This document shows positions 22,168 through 36,052 of a stretch of DNA of 64,000 nt, piece by piece. How positions within the stretch are numbered: position 1 is the first letter of the stretch; each line of letters starts with the position of its first letter. The notes below the pieces were generated by a model. The model saw only the letters and a program-made list of their open reading frames with translations. It did no database searches and was not told the DNA's origin. The translations under genes and the position numbers were made by a program. This DNA is from Vermamoeba vermiformis (taxonomy: Eukaryota): positions 1 through 64,000 of the forward strand of contig JBEWZL010000188.1 of the NCBI GenBank assembly GCA_045837725.1, written 5' to 3'.

Positions 22168-25146
22168 TTAATGACCGGTGTCTTCAAATTCTTTCATCAA
22201 ATGATAGTTCAATTCAGCGCTAGGATCAGTAGGAATGTCGTGCTCTTTCTTTTGACGTCGCTAATGATAGGAATTATATTAGGTTAGTGAAGGTTCTAGA
22301 ATGACATTTTTGACATTTTGTTTGACACTTACCAAAGCGATAATCTTGTTAATAATATCTACAAATGTTTCGATCATTGACAACACTCCGTGCAATAAAT
22401 GATAAACTCCCAAGTTTGTCAGCACAGCCACGAACAATAATTCAATGAAATTAATCGTCGTCTTCTTCGTATTAATGTCAAATTCTGCATTGCCAAATCT
22501 GAACACAAGTGAAAATCTGCTCGTGAAAAATTGATTTTCGGAAGTGGATCCGGCAACAGTGTTTTCAACGGTGTAATAAGTTTGCGTTTGTCTGTCACAA
22601 TGGTACTCGGGCTCAGGCAAGAAGCTGAATTCAATCAATTTTCTGCAATTGAGAATGTTTCTTCTGTGCGAGACCAAAAACACTTGAGTTTCACCGTTGA
22701 AAATTCCGTTTGGCGGAAGAGTGTTGGTTATCAACTCGGATCTGATCCGCTGTGCATCGGTACGATTGTAAGTCTCAGCTGTGATTGTTATAGCCTGGGC
22801 CCAGAATGGAAACACGTTGGTTTGGGATCTGTATTTGATCGAGATTAAGTTCCTCGGTCTCGGCAACAGGCCATCGCTGAACGTGAAAGACACCATGCAC
22901 GTGTTGGCATCGGTCAACGTGATCTCTGGCACCAACAAATCTTTGTTCATGCCAACTGCATTGAGGTCCCATACTGTCTGATCGCACACGCCCTGGTAGC
23001 CGACAAACATGACAGTAAGATACAGGACCTGATCGTCAGGCTCTGCTGTCTTAATGCTCGGAATGACCTCCGTCGACACGATCTCTTCGTGCGACAAGAT
23101 GATCACGTAGGCGATGATGAAGATGATGAACACGAACATGATCACCGAGAAGATGTGGCCGAGGATGAACAAGCAGTGGCCGCCTTTCTGTTTGTGGCCG
23201 CCAGTGCCGTGGCCTCCACCGTGAGCATCGTGATGACCGCCGCTGTCAGCGTGATGCGAAAGATTCCACGTTGATTGGACAATGTGCACGAGCTCAATGA
23301 GGAAGAAACTGTGCGAGAACCATAGCACGAGTTGTTCGCCGGCAAGTACCAAAAATGCAAAAGCTACGTGCACCCACAACAAAGGCAGCTGGTAGCCGAA
23401 GAACTCGACTTCAGCGGACTCTCGCGGCAACGAGGTGTTGATGCGGGGGAAGAGGTTCAATCGTGTTTCAATGTCCAAGTTGTCGCAAGGCGCGGGAGAT
23501 CCAGCGGGACATCGCGAATCAGGCGTGCACGAGAGCGATCCTTCGGGACTGTATGTGCCACGTGGGCAAATATTGCACAAGCCGAAGCCATCAAAGTCTT
23601 TGTACTGCCCAGGCGGACATAATCTGCATCGCGTATTGTCAATCAGTTGTCGAGTGTGGTCCCAGAATTGACCGCGAGGGCACGACTGGAAATCTACCGA
23701 ACGAAATTTCATTAGCCCTTGCAGATTTAAATAATGAATTTTAATCGTAAAAATAGCATATTAAATACTATAATTATTGCTTATATGATTATTTTTCGGG
23801 TAGTTTTGACTAAAATTTTGGTTTGGATCAGATCAAACTTACAATAAACGGATGTAGTGAGGTCGTTTTCGTATTTAGCGACTAATTGATCTCTGGATAT
23901 AACACTAGCAATCATATTCTTTCGATCACCAACAAAGTCAGGGAAATAAGACCAAAATGGAACTAAATAGGGCGTAGCTAAACTGCCGTTCAAAGGCACC
24001 GTCATCAAATACGAGTACGTTTCTCCTCCAATAAATAGCATGCCTTCACGGAAAGATAGTACTCGTCCAAATTGTGCTTCGGATGATGGCTGAAATGTTG
24101 TAACGCTCACACATCTAGTAGAAAATTAGATCAAAAAATTAAAAAATTGTTAAAATTAATGTTAGTGATTACTAATAGTACTAATAAGTCGTATATTATT
24201 GTATTATATTATTTTAACGACAATCATATTTTTCTCTTACGTTGTGGGTTGAACGTTTGGATCGCAGTAATAAACTTCTACCAAGGCCTCCGTTGAGGAT
24301 GAAAATACTAGCCAATTCCTCCATATGGCCGCAGCAGTTGCTCTAAAGCCGATAATTCCAAAGGAGTAGGTTTGGTGCGTATCCAAGTTCCATAAATAAA
24401 ATTGCGAAGTCGTAGCAAAGCTATTTACGACTGACAATAGCAAGTTCTCGTTGTTGACTAATATGCTTGAAAATCTAGTAGTCACTCGTTGCAATGGCGC
24501 TCTATAAATATAAACTTCTCCAACAACCGGATTGTCCAGATCGAATCCCATAGCAAGGATCCCGCTCGTGTGATTGTTGCAGGAAATGACTAATGTGTTG
24601 TTGTATAATACTACATGGTCGGCGAATTGAGTTACGCAATAAAACGGGAAGCTGTAGCTGAATCCATCGTTCCAATAAATCTCCAGATCGCGTCCATTAT
24701 CAGAGACGAAAAAGAAGTTGATTTCGAAGCTATGATCGAGTACGTATACTTGACGATGTTCTGGTACGCCCAAAGCTCGATAGTTGTCGTTGATAGCCAT
24801 AGATCCAACAAACTCGTCACCAAAAAAATAATCGTTTTGGAAAACGAATCCACTGATATCATCTTCGTATCTATAATCAAATACGTGCGAATTCTCTACT
24901 TTGCCTTGAGAAATCATGCCGTACTTCTCGGTGAAGATCATCCGTTGGGTATTTGCTAATTAAAAAATTATTGGCGGTTAGAAGTCTAAAACTCGAGTAA
25001 TTTAATAATTATGATATTTAAATATAAATTATTAGTAATATTATTAAATATAAGGGAGAGTTTAACACCGTACCTGAGCAAATCTGAACAAAACACAAAA
25101 AGAAAACGGCGACCACCGTCACTACACCCACTACTGATTTGCTCAT
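22168..25146 (-). CDS. Multi-pass membrane protein: signal peptide, beta-rich ectodomain, GCC2/GCC3 (ephrin-receptor-like) Cys repeats, His/Gly-rich loop
   Basis: CPRGQF...CPPGQYKDFDGFGLCNICPRGTYS; hydrophobic helices flanking HHADSGGHHDAHGGGHGTGGH. Confidence 0.65.
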
Positions 25147-25423
25147 TATAAAATTAATACATAACGTGTGGTGCCTAGTTTCTAAATGATAAATATCTAC
25201 GCACAATACGTTTCGGAACTGCTGTTTTTGATCTAAACGTGTCACAAGTGTCAGAAATTATGTCCCTTCGGAATTTACGAAAACGCTTTCTGGGCCAGTA
25301 GTATAATATAGTAATCATATTGAGTAACATTAGAAGTTTTTTTTTTTTAATTTTAATACCACTAAAACGAGAAAGAGCTCAAATAACAAAATTGGTTTGT
25401 AACATAAAATATCGCTATTGTCC

Positions 25424-28400
25424 TTATTCAGAGCAACCAATAGCAGTAATATCAGTGATTCTTGAGCCCAAGTGAGTGTTCTGAGCCGAAGGACCATAAG
25501 TGATCTGGATGTAGCGAACAGCGGCAGGTCGGATCAAAGGCATCTCATAGATGAAGTTGGTAATATCAGCAACGCCATCAGGAACACCAACGAGTTGCCA
25601 GTCGGTCCAGACACGGTTGTCCAAAGAAACTTGAACGCGGATGTAGTCCCAAACGGCTCTGTCGCGACCAGCGGGAGTCACGTGAGTGCCAATGGACTTG
25701 ATGTAACGCAATTGACCCAAATCAACAACGATCTGTTGGAGGTCGTCACCGTCAGCAAACAAGAAGCCAGTCTCGCCATCAATCATCCAAGGAGTCTGTA
25801 AAATAGGTCGGTCAAAACTGGATCTAACCCCGATCTAACTGTCCAATATTCAAGCTTACCTTATCTTGTTTGAGCAAGTTGTCGAGAGTATCTTGAGTCT
25901 TTTGAGTGTGAACTGACGAGTAACCAATAACTCGAGCTCCAGCCTTCAAGGTGGCATAGTTGGTTTGAACAGGGCATGACAAGTCTACAATAGAATCCAT
26001 TAGTATATGTAAGTATTAGTAGTAGATGAGGGCTACTTACCAGTATCAGCATTGCCTTCAATGTAATCAACGATGGCTTGGTGCAGATCCGCTCGTTTTC
26101 GTTCGTCTTCGATCATCTCGGACAATTCCTTGAGCTCGAAAGTGATCAAAGTAGGATTGTCCTTGACACTCTTAGACCAGGCATCAGACTCTTCCATTTG
26201 GAACAACTCGGGGTGTCCTCCGATGTAGCGAATGTTGTGGTTGCTGGCCTCTTGGAACTCGTTGGTCAAGCGACGCTTGTACTCGCTCTTAGCAGAGGTG
26301 AAAGACAAGTGATGATGAAGCCAAAAGTAAAGCCAGATTGCTTCTTGATGTAAGTCTCGTCACTTTCCATCAACTTGCTCGTGTTGACAGTCTGTTGCAT
26401 GCTAATTTGACCGCCAAAAGTAGCCTTGTGCAAGTAGTGCGTACCGAAGTATTGAATGAAGCGCAAGTACTGGTGCTTAGTGTTGCGGTTGTAGGGAGGC
26501 AATTGAGACACTTGGTAAGCAGCGTATTGGTGCATTGTGAGCGTGTTAGGACCGCAGCAAGGAGGCAACAAAATAGCTAAAGAAATTACACGTCAATTAC
26601 GCTGTAATTACATAACAAAATGTCACAAAGCTTCTTACCATCGAACATTTTGTACCATCTGTCGTAAGTAACGAATCTCATGGCATCGTTACGAAGAGTG
26701 CTGGTGACAGTAATGGTTGTCTCGGATCTGCCAAACAAACCAAAGAAGAAACCGAACGAGAAACCAGTGGTCTTGGCACGTCGCTCGAGGTAAGCACGAG
26801 TGTTGTTGTAGACCTCAACATGCTCTTCAACAATGACTTCAGCGTTAGCGTTGATCATGACTTCGTTGGGAACAGCCCACTCGACAAAGTTGCCAGCGTA
26901 AGGGTTGTCCATGAAGCGCTCATCGTCGTAGTTGAACTGAATGACAGGGAGTCTGAACTCTTCGAAGACTGCCAGGTGCGAGAGTTAGACGAGAAATTTC
27001 ATCGTTTAAGTTTACTTACCAGCGTCGTAACCGGCACCGAGAAGGTTGACAAGAGGGTTTTGAGAGTTAGGAGAGGTAGAGAACTCTTCCAAGTTGAGGG
27101 CAACCAACTTCTTGGCAATGAAGGCGAGTTCGTTGTTCGATTGCACGGTGTACACGGCCTTAAAACAAGTTAGTCACGTGTTCTCATAAATCATACCGGT
27201 CAAGTAACTTACAACTTCGTGGACCTTGCCTCCTTGAATACGAAGAGGAATGTTGAAGCCGTGGTTGCCCAAGACGTTCCAAGCGTCGTTGACGTCTTGA
27301 CGCAACAAAGTAGTGGAAGCAGGTCTGCGTTTGTTGGTGACACGAATGTTGTCGATGAAGATAGCAATCTCGACTTCATTGTCGGGCTTAGCGGGATCAA
27401 TAGCCCAACCAACAACACGGTCAGCAGTCAACTCTTCAATGACACCACGAGGGTATCTCAAGTCAAGTTGCACGGGGTTGTACAACATTCGCTTTTGACC
27501 ATCGAGAATGGCGTAGGCAACGAAGTTGAACATGCCAGAGCCTCGAATGTTGACAGGAATTCTGAAGCCGTGGTTGCCATCAACGTTCAATGCAGCACGA
27601 GAGACGGGGAAGTCAACGCCGGTTTGACCAGAAGCTTGAAGTTGATTGTTTACCCAGATCTCAATTTGGAGAGGGTTAGGAGGACTGAATCTGTTCCAAG
27701 CCCAGCCGCTGACACTACACGAAATCGATCATTAGTTTTTGTCGTGTCAAAAGTGTCAAAGTGTCAAAAACTACGTACGAAGCAGGAGTGACGTCCATGA
27801 GTTTGCCAGGAGGAGGAAGACCCCAGACCATGTAGTGAGCACTCTCGCGAGTGTGTCCGTTGAAACCAATCAAGACAACATACACATCAAAGCGACCTTC
27901 GCCAGGCAAAGTGATGGGAATGTCGTAGCCAATGCGATCAGAGGAAGGCAATTGGAAGGCGTTTTGAACGTCAGGACGAGGATTTGCGGGTCTGCCTTCA
28001 GCGATTTGTTGACCATTAGCGTAGACTCTCACAACGGCGTCACGTGATTGGTCGAGCGAGTTGAAGATCCAACCACTAACTCTTGTCTCGAGAGCAGTCT
28101 CGAGGTTACCGAGAATTCGGTTAGCTGACTCGTCTATAAGTGATCGTTAGTAAAGCTAATATGGAGTAATTGTAAGGTTAACGTACCAACACCAAAACCT
28201 TGGATCGAGTAGACACGAGATCCAGCGGGTCCTTGCTTAGACCAAGGACCAAATTGAACGTGAATGAAGCGGATTTTACGAGGGAACTTGATAGACACTT
28301 CGTTGGTGCGTTGAACGATGTCGGGCAAGTTGTCTTCTTTGCCGATAGTTCCGAAATGTTCCCAGTTGCCGTTCGTCTCGGAAGTGTAGAAACGAATGAA

Positions 28401-30932
28401 GTCCCAGACTTGACGGTCCTACAAAAACATTAACGATACGTTAAATATGTATAAGAAGGCAAGAACGTTACCTCTCCAGTACGAGCAACGTCAGCAACAA
28501 GTCTCATAATGTAACGGGGAGTGCCCAAGTCGATGGTAGCGCGTTGGTTACCGTCCTGAAATATCATTGTTAGATACTTTAGTACAGACGAATCAGCCTT
28601 TGAATATACTCACGTTGTCTCCAAACATGTAGAATTCATCGCTAGGGTTAATACCGGGTCGAACCAAGTTTTGGTGGTTTCTTCGATCCTCGCAAACCTT
28701 TTTCTTCCAGAAGATCCAAGAAGACTTGTACCAGCATCTGCGGTTTACAGAAGAAGTCCAAATAACACGAGCGCCTTGGTCGAAGTGAGCGAAGTTGGTT
28801 TGTGGTCCCAAATCTGGTGAGCCAGTGTCAGCAGGAACTTTCAACAAGTCTCTAGCGTAGTCTTGAGTGGCTTGTTCGAGGTCACTCTTCAAACGAGGGT
28901 CGGTAACGAATTCAGAGAGAGGAAGCATTCTACAAAGAAAAGTTAGTACAGTGAATCTGGATTCAACACGAAGAGACTGAAGTTTCGTAACCGAAGGATA
29001 TAGCAGTTTAATTTCTTCTAATTTAATCGACTTACCTAGTTCTAAGCATAGCAGGGTTCTCCTTAACGGTAGGGATCCATTGTTGCCAGTTAGTAGGATC
29101 GAGGCCATCGCTAACACCACCAACAAAGTTAACTGTAGGAGTATGGTTCTCGCTGTAGATAGGATCAATGGTGGCTTGGATTTCACTTCGTCGTTCTTGG
29201 TTAGGTTCAGTACGGAACTTGAAGAAGGTCCTATAATAAAAGATCTCGATCAACAAACAGATTCGCTCGCAGTATAACGTCGACTACTTACGAGGTTTGC
29301 TTGCGAATGTTGTCTTCGCTAGGATCAACCAACAAACGAGTGATGACGACGTCTTCGAGCTTAATCGAACCTCCGAAGATCGCGGATGTAGCAACGTGAG
29401 TACCAAAACGTTCAAAGAAACGAACGTAGACAGCCTTGGTCTGGAGAAAGAAAGCAATGTAAGTTAGTTCTTTGAGAAAGCGAAAGAGACGAAAATTCAT
29501 TGCCGTTGAGGCCATGAGGTTTGTATCATGAAGTTAGATCTGGTCTTGACTTACGTTTGAGTCATAGGCAGGAAGGACACTAAGCCATTGTTGAACTTCA
29601 TCAGTGAGCTGAACGTTCTCTGGAGGCAACATGTTCATAATGTAGAAAGTGTACATGCGCTCAGTAGTAGCAACACGAGAGCTGTATTGCATCAACATGC
29701 CGCGCATGCGAGTAGTATCCTGAGACAATTTGAACACACCATCGTTGTACAAAGCAACGTTAATGCCGAACTCTCTTGACTTGGACTCTTGGAACTATTG
29801 TACAACGTATTAGAACGGATCTACATAGTCACAAACATGCTGATGGACGCGATAGTTGAGTCTTCATTTTTGCGTTATTTAAGCTTTATATTGACATGAC
29901 GCTATACTTACTTGAACACTAGTGCTGAATACATCAACTTGCTCGTTAACGCGAACTTCAGGCGTGTTCAAAATGAAAACTTCATCAGCCACTGAATAAG
30001 TCTAGTAAAAATAAACAATTATTTCATGAACCGAGAGAAATAGCATTAAGGAGTTGAATTACTTACAGTGTTGGTGTAAGGCGACCAATATCTACGACGG
30101 AACTTATAAGAAAGAACATGTTAGTTAAGAATCACATATTGATAGCTTGATAAGATCCCGCAGTATTAAGCTTTAAACTTACTCGTTGGTTGAATTGAAT
30201 AACTTGGGCGCGGTTCTCGCCAGTTACCCAATCAAGACCTCTGCCCATCAATTCCAAACCTGAACTTGAACGTCAACACAAATTTGGAAAATGGGATCTC
30301 GCGCTAGAGAGATTATTTGTGGAGCGTAAGTAATTACCTGGTGGGTATGGCAATGGAGCACCACGAGACTGTTCCACGCTACGCTCAGCACGATGAGCTT
30401 CATCCAAGTCCAATTTAGCATTTTTGTCGTACTCGCCGACGGTTTGTCTAAATGGACGTCATTAATCATCTGTAATGTGATACTTCGTGCTAGCATGTTG
30501 ATATTGATAAGTTATCGCTGTCAAATGAGGCAGATTTGGATGTATTGCGGATAAACGTCGAACTTGTCATTATTGTCTCCGCTTGATCTGACATTGAAAT
30601 GACACATCCGGTTTGTATTTGAATTTTAATAATTATAATCGTCGATAATATCCTTCCGTATCTCCTAAAATATTATGCGCGTCGTATAATACGAATTAAC
30701 TTACTTCCATTGGTTTTCGTGCAAGATTCGGGCAATTTCTTTTTCATAGAGCGGTTTGAACTCTTCATCAAAGATCTCCCATATGGATTTTTGGTTATAA
30801 GCTGACGCCTGAGGGATATTATGGCGTTAATTTTCATCGTGGACATGATTTTGTTTTTCGAAGCGGATTTCTTACCACGCTCAAAACGGTGGCGGCCAAC
30901 AAGACCAACGCAATAAAGGACTTTGCGTTCAT
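25424..30932 (-). CDS. Secreted protein with two MACPF domains, two discoidin/F5-8C-like domains and three bacterial-type beta-sandwich repeats
   Basis: Signal peptide MNAKSFIALVLLAA; MACPF signatures FFERFGTHVATSAIFGG and FIQYFGTHYLHKATFGG; exons between the two domains join in frame. Confidence 0.8.
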
Positions 30933-31374
30933 ATTTGACGAATTGGCCAGAAGAAATTAATTTCGACTTTTGTGGCCTTCCTTCGTGGTCAAAATAAAAT
31001 TTGTCATTTCTGTCTTCGTGTTTGCTTCTTGAATGACGCGCACGTCAAAATTTCATCGCTAAATTACCAAATGTACCGCCCGTACAGTAACGTTAAGTAG
31101 CGCAACATTGCAGCCGAAAGGGGTCTACACTTTCGTGCCGTGCTTTTTAGATTCTTCTAGATGCAGATCGAATCTGACCTTAAACGAATGTCTTGCTGTA
31201 TTTATGCCAATTTTTGCTTAAAGGCTGGTGCGCACGTGCCTATTAGTTCACTGAACGGTTGCGCTAGCCAGAACTTTATTAATTTTATTCACGAAGATTT
31301 TTTTGTGAGCTGCACGCTCGAAAGAAGGCAGTTTAATTAATTTCAAGCAGTAAAACACATCACATATTTATAAC

Positions 31375-31907
31375 ATGACTACTCCTACTTACAGGCAAGT
31401 AGAGCAATTAATTTTAATATTTAAAGGCAAATTAACTGAAATAAATTATATAGAGAGCTTTAAACTGCGAGACTTACCTTAATATTTTTAGAGCCGACGG
31501 TAAACCCGAACTTAAGCTTAATATTAGCGTTGGTTGGGTTCCTGGTACGTGCCCATAATTTTTGTAATATTTTTCCGTATCTGATGACGTAATAATATCT
31601 TTATAGGATTCTCTTCTTCTGGCTGGACTCAAACTTCGCAATACACCGTCATTGTGACTGAAGACGATCCTTTTCAAGCAGTAATTGACCAAGTAAAAAA
31701 GACTGCTCGTAAGTAACCGTTATGCCCTGGTTGATCAAAACGAATCTAATGAATTCTTTGCTTTTAGCCACCGCTAAGGCTGATAAGATTTTTGCCGTTG
31801 ACAAGAACGGTCAAAAGCTTACTTTGGACCCTCATAAGACCATGAAGGAGCTCGGATTTGACAGATGGCACAAGTTGGAGCTCAGAATGCCCAACGCTTT
31901 GGCTTAA
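31375..31907 (+). CDS. Small hypothetical protein, possibly ubiquitin-like fold (4 exons)
   Basis: Short exons with GT-AG boundaries; ends LDPHKTMKELGFDRWHKLELRM. Confidence 0.45.
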
Positions 31908-32324
31908 ATTATAACAGTAAGTGCATTGTTGTACATAGGAGACCTTGAAGTAGGTTCATATGCTGCTCAATAAAATCTATTTATTTGTGATCCGCGCGAG
32001 AAGATTTTCTGGTGGATGGAGCACGGGCCGATTTGAAACATTCGCTTCGTGAATAGAAAGAGAAAGAACTAACGCGAACCAAGGAAAAAAACCGAAAAGT
32101 TTTCGTTCCTCTCTTCGCTGATCCTGGCCCGATAAGACTGAAAGCTTGCGCCCGAAAGAAGAGGAACCGTGCACCGGACCCGACGGTCCTAATAGGCCCA
32201 TGGGTTATTTTTTGGCAATAAGATGTCTTGCAGAAATGGAACTCGGTCCTCCTTTTCTCCGTTCCGAGCGGGCAACAAAAGCGGTCGCAAAAATAAACTT
32301 ATTTCATTACTTTTTTGTTCATCA

Positions 32325-33983
32325 ATGTTGCACAAAGCAATAGATTTGTGGAGTAACTTAACTCCTGTTGGTAAAGCAGCCACTGCTGCGGTCCTCGGGG
32401 CGACTGTTTTGTTCCGAATCCGAAAGGTAAATCTGCGGAACGAGAAATTTGCTTTCAGTAGGTTCTAATAAATATTATATAGTGGGCTTCCGGTGGCGTC
32501 AATGTTCATAAACCTGATTTGACAGGAAAAGTAAGTTCTAACAATAGTGGTTAATTTTGAAAAATATTTTTAATTAAATCTTTACCGGATCTAGACTGTA
32601 TTAATTACTGGCGCAAATGCTGGCATTGGACTCGAGACAGCTAAATATTTGGCCCAATTAAATGCCTCTCTCTATATCAGTAAGTATCGCGTTACAAGCT
32701 AAAATTAAATGTGTCAAAGGCACTAACAAAATGCTTTTTCTCAGCTGTTAGAGACGATGCTAAGGGTCGCGAAACTACTCGTATTATTAAAGAGGCTAGT
32801 AAAAACGATAAAGTCGATTATTTGGTCCTTGAGTTATCGAGTTTGAAGAGCGTCAGAAACTTTGTCGAAGAATACAAGAAAAAAACTAGCAATAAGAAAA
32901 TTGATATCTTAATCGAGAATGCTGGTGTTATGGTACGTTAGGAATATAATAATTTTCAATAGGTTATTGTTTTGAATTTTTTTTCGGTCGATCGAGGATC
33001 CTGATCCAATATTTTTTTCGTTTTAGATGCCTCCTTATACAAAGACCGAAGATGGTTTCGAACTTCAATTCGGAGTCAACCATTTAGCACACTTCTTAAT
33101 GACAAACTTGCTTCTGAAAGAAGATCTGATCAACGATGGCGGAAGAATCGTAATCGTCTCGTCACGTGGTCATAGATTCGTGAAAGGAATTCGATTCGAT
33201 GATTTGAACTGGGAGAAAGACTATAATAAGAGATTGGCTTATGGACAAAGCAAACTCGCCAATATTTATTTTGCGAAAGAACTCGACAAAAGATTGAAAT
33301 CGCAAGGCAAAAATATTGTCGCCGTTGCTTTGCACCCTGGTGTTGGTAATTGCCATATATAGACAATTCATCATTTGCGAAATTTCAAAATCGCTTCTTT
33401 ATCGAACCTATGAAATTTTACCGATCAGATCCATATGGGTGACAGTCTTTCACGTGCGATAACGTCATTATTATTATTAACATATTTATGTTAGTGGCTA
33501 CTGAATTAGGACGATATTTGGTGTCTCCAATCGTAAAGAAGCTAACTTATCCGATTCAAGCTTTGTTAATGAAATCGTCATTTGAGGGCGCTCAAGTAAG
33601 ATATTAATTTAATTATATAACGATCCATTATAGTTATTTTTATCGATTATTCCATTCAACGGTGTGATCAGATAGATTTGCGGACTACTTTACGAACGAA
33701 AGTGTATTTTTTGTTAAAGTTGTTATAGTCCAACGAGGAACTAATACTAATGCATTTCAATACTAATATACTAAAATAAGCCAGTAAAGTATTCATGACA
33801 TAGGAGACTAACAGTAGTTTTATTCAGACGACTTTGCATTGTGCATTGGCACCAGAAGTAGTCAATCAAGGCGGTGAATATTTCAGTGACTGCAAAGTAG
33901 CGACGCCGTGGCCGCAAGCATTGGACGCTGAACAAGCCGCAAAGTTGTGGAATGTTAGCGAAAAACTCGTTGGATTGAAGTAA
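32325..33983 (+). CDS. Short-chain dehydrogenase/reductase, retinol dehydrogenase/WWOX-like
   Basis: ITGANAGIG; ENAGVM; TEDGFELQFGVNHLAHF; YGQSK; LHPGV. Confidence 0.92.
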
Positions 33984-34126
33984 ACACATTAGATCGATCT
34001 CGTTTAATGTCAAGGAGATCACTACCAATTCTTAATCTTATCAGCGTTTAGTGAAGAACTATTTTATTGAAAGAATGAAAATTGTGCTCGTAAAGCGAGG
34101 CACAGATCTGGATCCGACTTTTTGAT

Positions 34127-34854
34127 TCAAAGTTTTACAAAGCAGCCTCGATCAACTTGACCAACGAGCCCTTCACTAGGATAGCCGTTGTTGCCGTCCT
34201 TAGAGTGCGTAGGCCAATCGCGAGCAATGGTGATGTGGAACTCTTTGTCCTTCTTCTCGACCTTCCAAGCGACGGCGAAATTTCCGGTCTGAGTCGCGTC
34301 TTGAGCGATATGAATGACGACTATTGAATCAATATCTCAACACAGCGATAGGCGCATCCAGCTTTTCGTTGTGCTACACTTAATCTTGCCCTAATATGAG
34401 TAGTCATTAGTACTGTTGCGTACTTAAGACATATTAAGTGATGCTGTAAGATGACAAGCACCTTGTGACAAAACATCGAGTTGAAACGAAGAGTGCTTGT
34501 CACTGCATGATCATAAAATGATGGTCATAGACTCGCGAGTTTCTATAGCATATTATTCATAGGACGAGGCTTGCTCTGATTCTGCGTTACGTAATAGTAA
34601 AGGTGCAACGTCATTGTAAAATACATCACTCTACCGGAAACGACCACAATGGTTCGTGGGACAGCTCCAGCGATTAATTTTTCGTAAGTCTCCACTACAG
34701 TAAATGGTTTCCACTGTGCGTTTCGATGTGGAGTATCCTCAAACTGTTTTATGTTGTGTTCAATGCTACCTCTATCAATCTTGACCGATTTGCACGAGGG
34801 AGAAGGGAAAACTTCGATCACCATTTTTTGCAAGCCTAAAAAAAATTTCGTCAT
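34127..34854 (-). CDS. Small hypothetical protein (exon structure uncertain)
   Basis: Coding-like terminal exon VVIHIAQDATQTGNFAVAWKVEK...GCFVKL* plus an upstream ORF. Confidence 0.35.
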
Positions 34855-35165
34855 TTTTTGTTCGATGTGCTAATCGGATAACAACGACTATTTAAAATTA
34901 TATTTGATAACTATCGCACTTTGAAATACTCTTGCCATAGAACCTACCCTAAATGGACTCGGATTTGTTCCAAAAAAATTTAGTAAGGACTTTCAGCGAT
35001 TCGGATACTTAGCTAAGATGCATACAATAGCCACGAATTATCTTAATAATTTTTGGATTTTTTTCGTTTAAAAATAACGACGAAAAGTTGGTTAATTCGG
35101 TAATCATTATCCTTAAGACCATATCGTCTTTAAATGAACATAACATAAACTACAATGATAAAACG

Positions 35166-36052
35166 CTATTCAGGGAAGAACGTTAGAATGAGTCTCGGTT
35201 TGATGATTCCACCCTGAGGCATGACAACGGTGCCAGATGAGTCAACTTTCTGACCGAGCGCGTAGAATGTCGCTGGACCTGCGGATCGTTGAACCACCCA
35301 CGACAATGAGACCACATCTTGGGCCGTAGAAGACATGTATACTTCAACAAAAGATTGATCGAATTCTGCCGAAAGTTGCGTTGCGGAGTCGCTGACGAAG
35401 AACCTGTAGTCACAGTATTGATAGCCTGCAGGTCTCAAATCGCACCACACGGAGCATTGAAATTCGATTTTAACGGAACCATTGGCTGGCAGAGTGACCG
35501 CTGATTGGATGAGAGTTTGATACCCTGTGCTGCTTGTCGTAAGCGAGGCACTATTGCTCGACACCATCTTGACGAATGGCAGGGGCACGGAGTTGCCTTT
35601 GGAAAGTTGCAGCGCCTTATTGGAGATGGAGAGGGTCTGCAGCTCGTTCGTCACATCCGCATCTGGCAAGACAAAACTGCCTCCGTTTGTGAGCGACACT
35701 GTTCCTCCATTTAGCGACAAGGTCTGAATTTCGTTAGTATCACTATTATCAGGCAGCTGGACGGAGTTTCCAGGGCTTATGGATAATTCGCCAGCGCCGC
35801 TTAAATTCAGAGTTTGTTTTCCGTTGGTGATCTCGGTGCAGATATTGATGCCGCCACAAGTCTTCACTTCAGTTGGAGAGTTAATTACTAGGTACTCCTC
35901 GTTGTTATTTTTCACGGCGAATTGGCCCAAAGCGCAGGATGGTTGATCGGCCGCTGAAAATCGACCATTAATGCACGGCATACCATCGCAGTATTTTTAC
36001 CTGAACACCATTGAGATAGAAGAACAAGGACTACGAGGACTAGCGCTTTCAT
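35166..36052 (-). CDS. Secreted protein with Bacteroidota-type 'TNELQTLS' repeats (2 exons)
   Basis: Signal peptide MKALVLVVLVLL; three repeats of QTLxLx...S(V/F)xLP linked by DxDxTNE. Confidence 0.7.

Noticed and set aside
25472..28433. Long plus-strand ORFs antisense to the MACPF gene
   Set aside because: Expected shadow ORFs from the strong codon bias of the minus-strand gene; no protein features.
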